DNA of 62,897 nucleotides, filler included, from Circinaria calcarea (Eukaryota): NCBI GenBank assembly GCA_051942165.1. It is 25 parts of 25 records of this genome, joined end to end, with 100 filler letters (N's around TTAATTAATTAA, not from the genome) between each part and the next. Parts side by side here need not be neighbours in the genome. Positions count along the whole stretch, not along the records: positions 60,495 to 62,897 come from JAVECS010003571.1; 24 more parts are not named here. One strand, 5' to 3'. Shown piece by piece: positions 61,659 to 62,897 of this stretch (position 1 is its first letter; each line of letters starts with the position of its first letter). The notes under the pieces were generated by a model. It saw only the letters and a program-made list of their open reading frames with translations, ran no database searches and was not told where the DNA came from. The position numbers and the translations under genes were made by a program.

Positions 61659-62897
61659 ATGCTGAGGGAGAATAACGATTCCTCTTCTTCCTTGGCGGTG
61701 GAGGAAGAATTGCTCAGTATTCCCAACCAACCTGCTTTAACTGATCCCTTCCAGACCACTGGAGCCATTGATGGATTTACATACACGCCGCTCGATCCTA
61801 CCATTGACGAGATCCGGCTTGTCATAATTGAGCCTGGGCTAGACTCGGATCCTATCAGGTGCAGACTACCACATACCGTGCTCGGCAAGGATAATCTAGA
61901 GTATGAAGCACTCTCCTACTGTTGGGGTGATATCAGCGGGAAAGATAGCTCAAAGATCCTTCTCGACGGACAGACCTTTCCCATCTTTCGTAACCTTGCC
62001 AATGCTCTCCGTCGAATGCGGCTGAGAGAATTGGAACGATTGTTCTGGATAGATGCCATCTGTATCAATCAGAGGGATGCCCGAGAACGCGGGAAACAGG
62101 TGCATCTGATGCATCGTATATACGCCGAGGCGCTTCAAACTGCCATCTGGCTTGGGGACGAATACGAGGACAGCGGCAGCGCTATGAGGTTTGTGGAAAA
62201 GCTAGCTTTGCACGTGGAAAGTTTAGATACAGACTGCCAAGTTGGAAGGGCGGACTTGACGAGCTGGAAGGCCGTGTACGAGAATCCACAACACTACGCG
62301 CTATGGATAGCTTTGTACCATCTCATGTGTCGTCCGTGGTGGAAACGGGTCTGGGTGATTCAAGAAATCATCGCGGCAACTTTGGCCACCATCTACTGCG
62401 GGACCGAATCGATATCCTGGGCCCGGTTCCAAATGGTGCTCGGTAGTCCTCTCAAAGGAAAACTGCTCGACGGTCCTCTACATTTCCAATCTTACAAGCG
62501 GGGGCTCTCTGGCGGTCGTAACGCAGAGCTCCTAGAGAGCCTTAGACAGAAGCAATTCCAAGGGCGTATCCCGAGACTGGAGGAGATGCTCTTCATTTCT
62601 TGGCACTGTGGTGCATCTGATCCTCGGGATAAGGTCTATGCCCTGCTGAGTTTCGCTCCATTGCAACGAGCGAAGCTCATTTGCGACTATTGCAAAACGA
62701 CAAGTGATCTCTACAAAGATGTTGTCCAACAAATCGTCGTGGAATCTGGGAGCCTTGGCGTTGTTTGCAGATCCCAACATACCGTACAGTGGGTGCCGGA
62801 GCTGGCAGAGCTTCCATCTTGGTGTCCCGACTGGAGTACGGCGCCGATAGAAGATTCTTGGACCTCGGAAAGAGATACAATGTCGAAGCAGGAAATT
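61659..62897 (+). CDS. HET-domain (HET-6-like) heterokaryon incompatibility protein, 3'-truncated
   Basis: Open frame to the window end, so it is missing from the ORF track: YTPLD...EIRLV, YEALSYCWG, NLANALRRMR, FWIDAICINQ..ERGKQV.LM..IY, IWLG, RPWWKRVWVIQE, ASDPRDKVYALL, LPSWCPDWS. Confidence 0.95.
   Translation, partial: MLRENNDSSSSLAVEEELLSIPNQPALTDPFQTTGAIDGFTYTPLDPTIDEIRLVIIEPGLDSDPIRCRLPHTVLGKDNLEYEALSYCWGDISGKDSSKILLDGQTFPIFRNLANALRRMRLRELERLFWIDAICINQRDARERGKQVHLMHRIYAEALQTAIWLGDEYEDSGSAMRFVEKLALHVESLDTDCQVGRADLTSWKAVYENPQHYALWIALYHLMCRPWWKRVWVIQEIIAATLATIYCGTESISWARFQMVLGSPLKGKLLDGPLHFQSYKRGLSGGRNAELLESLRQKQFQGRIPRLEEMLFISWHCGASDPRDKVYALLSFAPLQRAKLICDYCKTTSDLYKDVVQQIVVESGSLGVVCRSQHTVQWVPELAELPSWCPDWSTAPIEDSWTSERDTMSKQEI

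Noticed and set aside
26809..62897. Apparent immune cluster (NACHT-like, NLR N-terminus, HET) and arginine cluster (ARG8 with arginase)
   Set aside because: The genes are on different, unlinked contigs that are adjacent only because of length sorting.

Overview
This is not one locus. It is an artificial concatenation of 25 short contigs (about 2.40-2.43 kb each, sorted by decreasing length) joined by 100-nt spacers (44 N + TTAATTAATTAA + 44 N), so gene order across spacers means nothing. The DNA is from a filamentous ascomycete (Pezizomycotina): introns are short GT-AG with CTRAY branch sites, and there are signs of RIP-like decay. Recognisable genes or fragments include CSC1/OSCA channel, BOS1, M28 peptidase, HOM6, IES6, ERG25, a GPI-anchored Cu-only SOD, an aldo-keto reductase, GH17 eglC, an A1 aspartic protease, SEC31, cysteine synthase 2, RPN6, RPB7, WD40-cyclophilin, PRM1, ARG8, GH47 mannosidase and arginase. 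Accessory content includes a HET-domain gene, NLR/NACHT-like fragments, several orphan secreted proteins, F-box and NRPS-like pseudogenes, a solo-LTR family (two copies with perfect 5-bp target-site duplications) and DNA-transposon remnants. The best lead is a secreted, probably Kex2-processed protein (8595-9563). Its mature domain has an L-x-G-C-T...H motif with the same Cys-x14-His spacing as the bacterial deamidase toxin CNF1. The second lead is a dispersed tRNA-like/B-box element found on two unlinked contigs. All family calls come from motif recognition by eye; no database searches were run.
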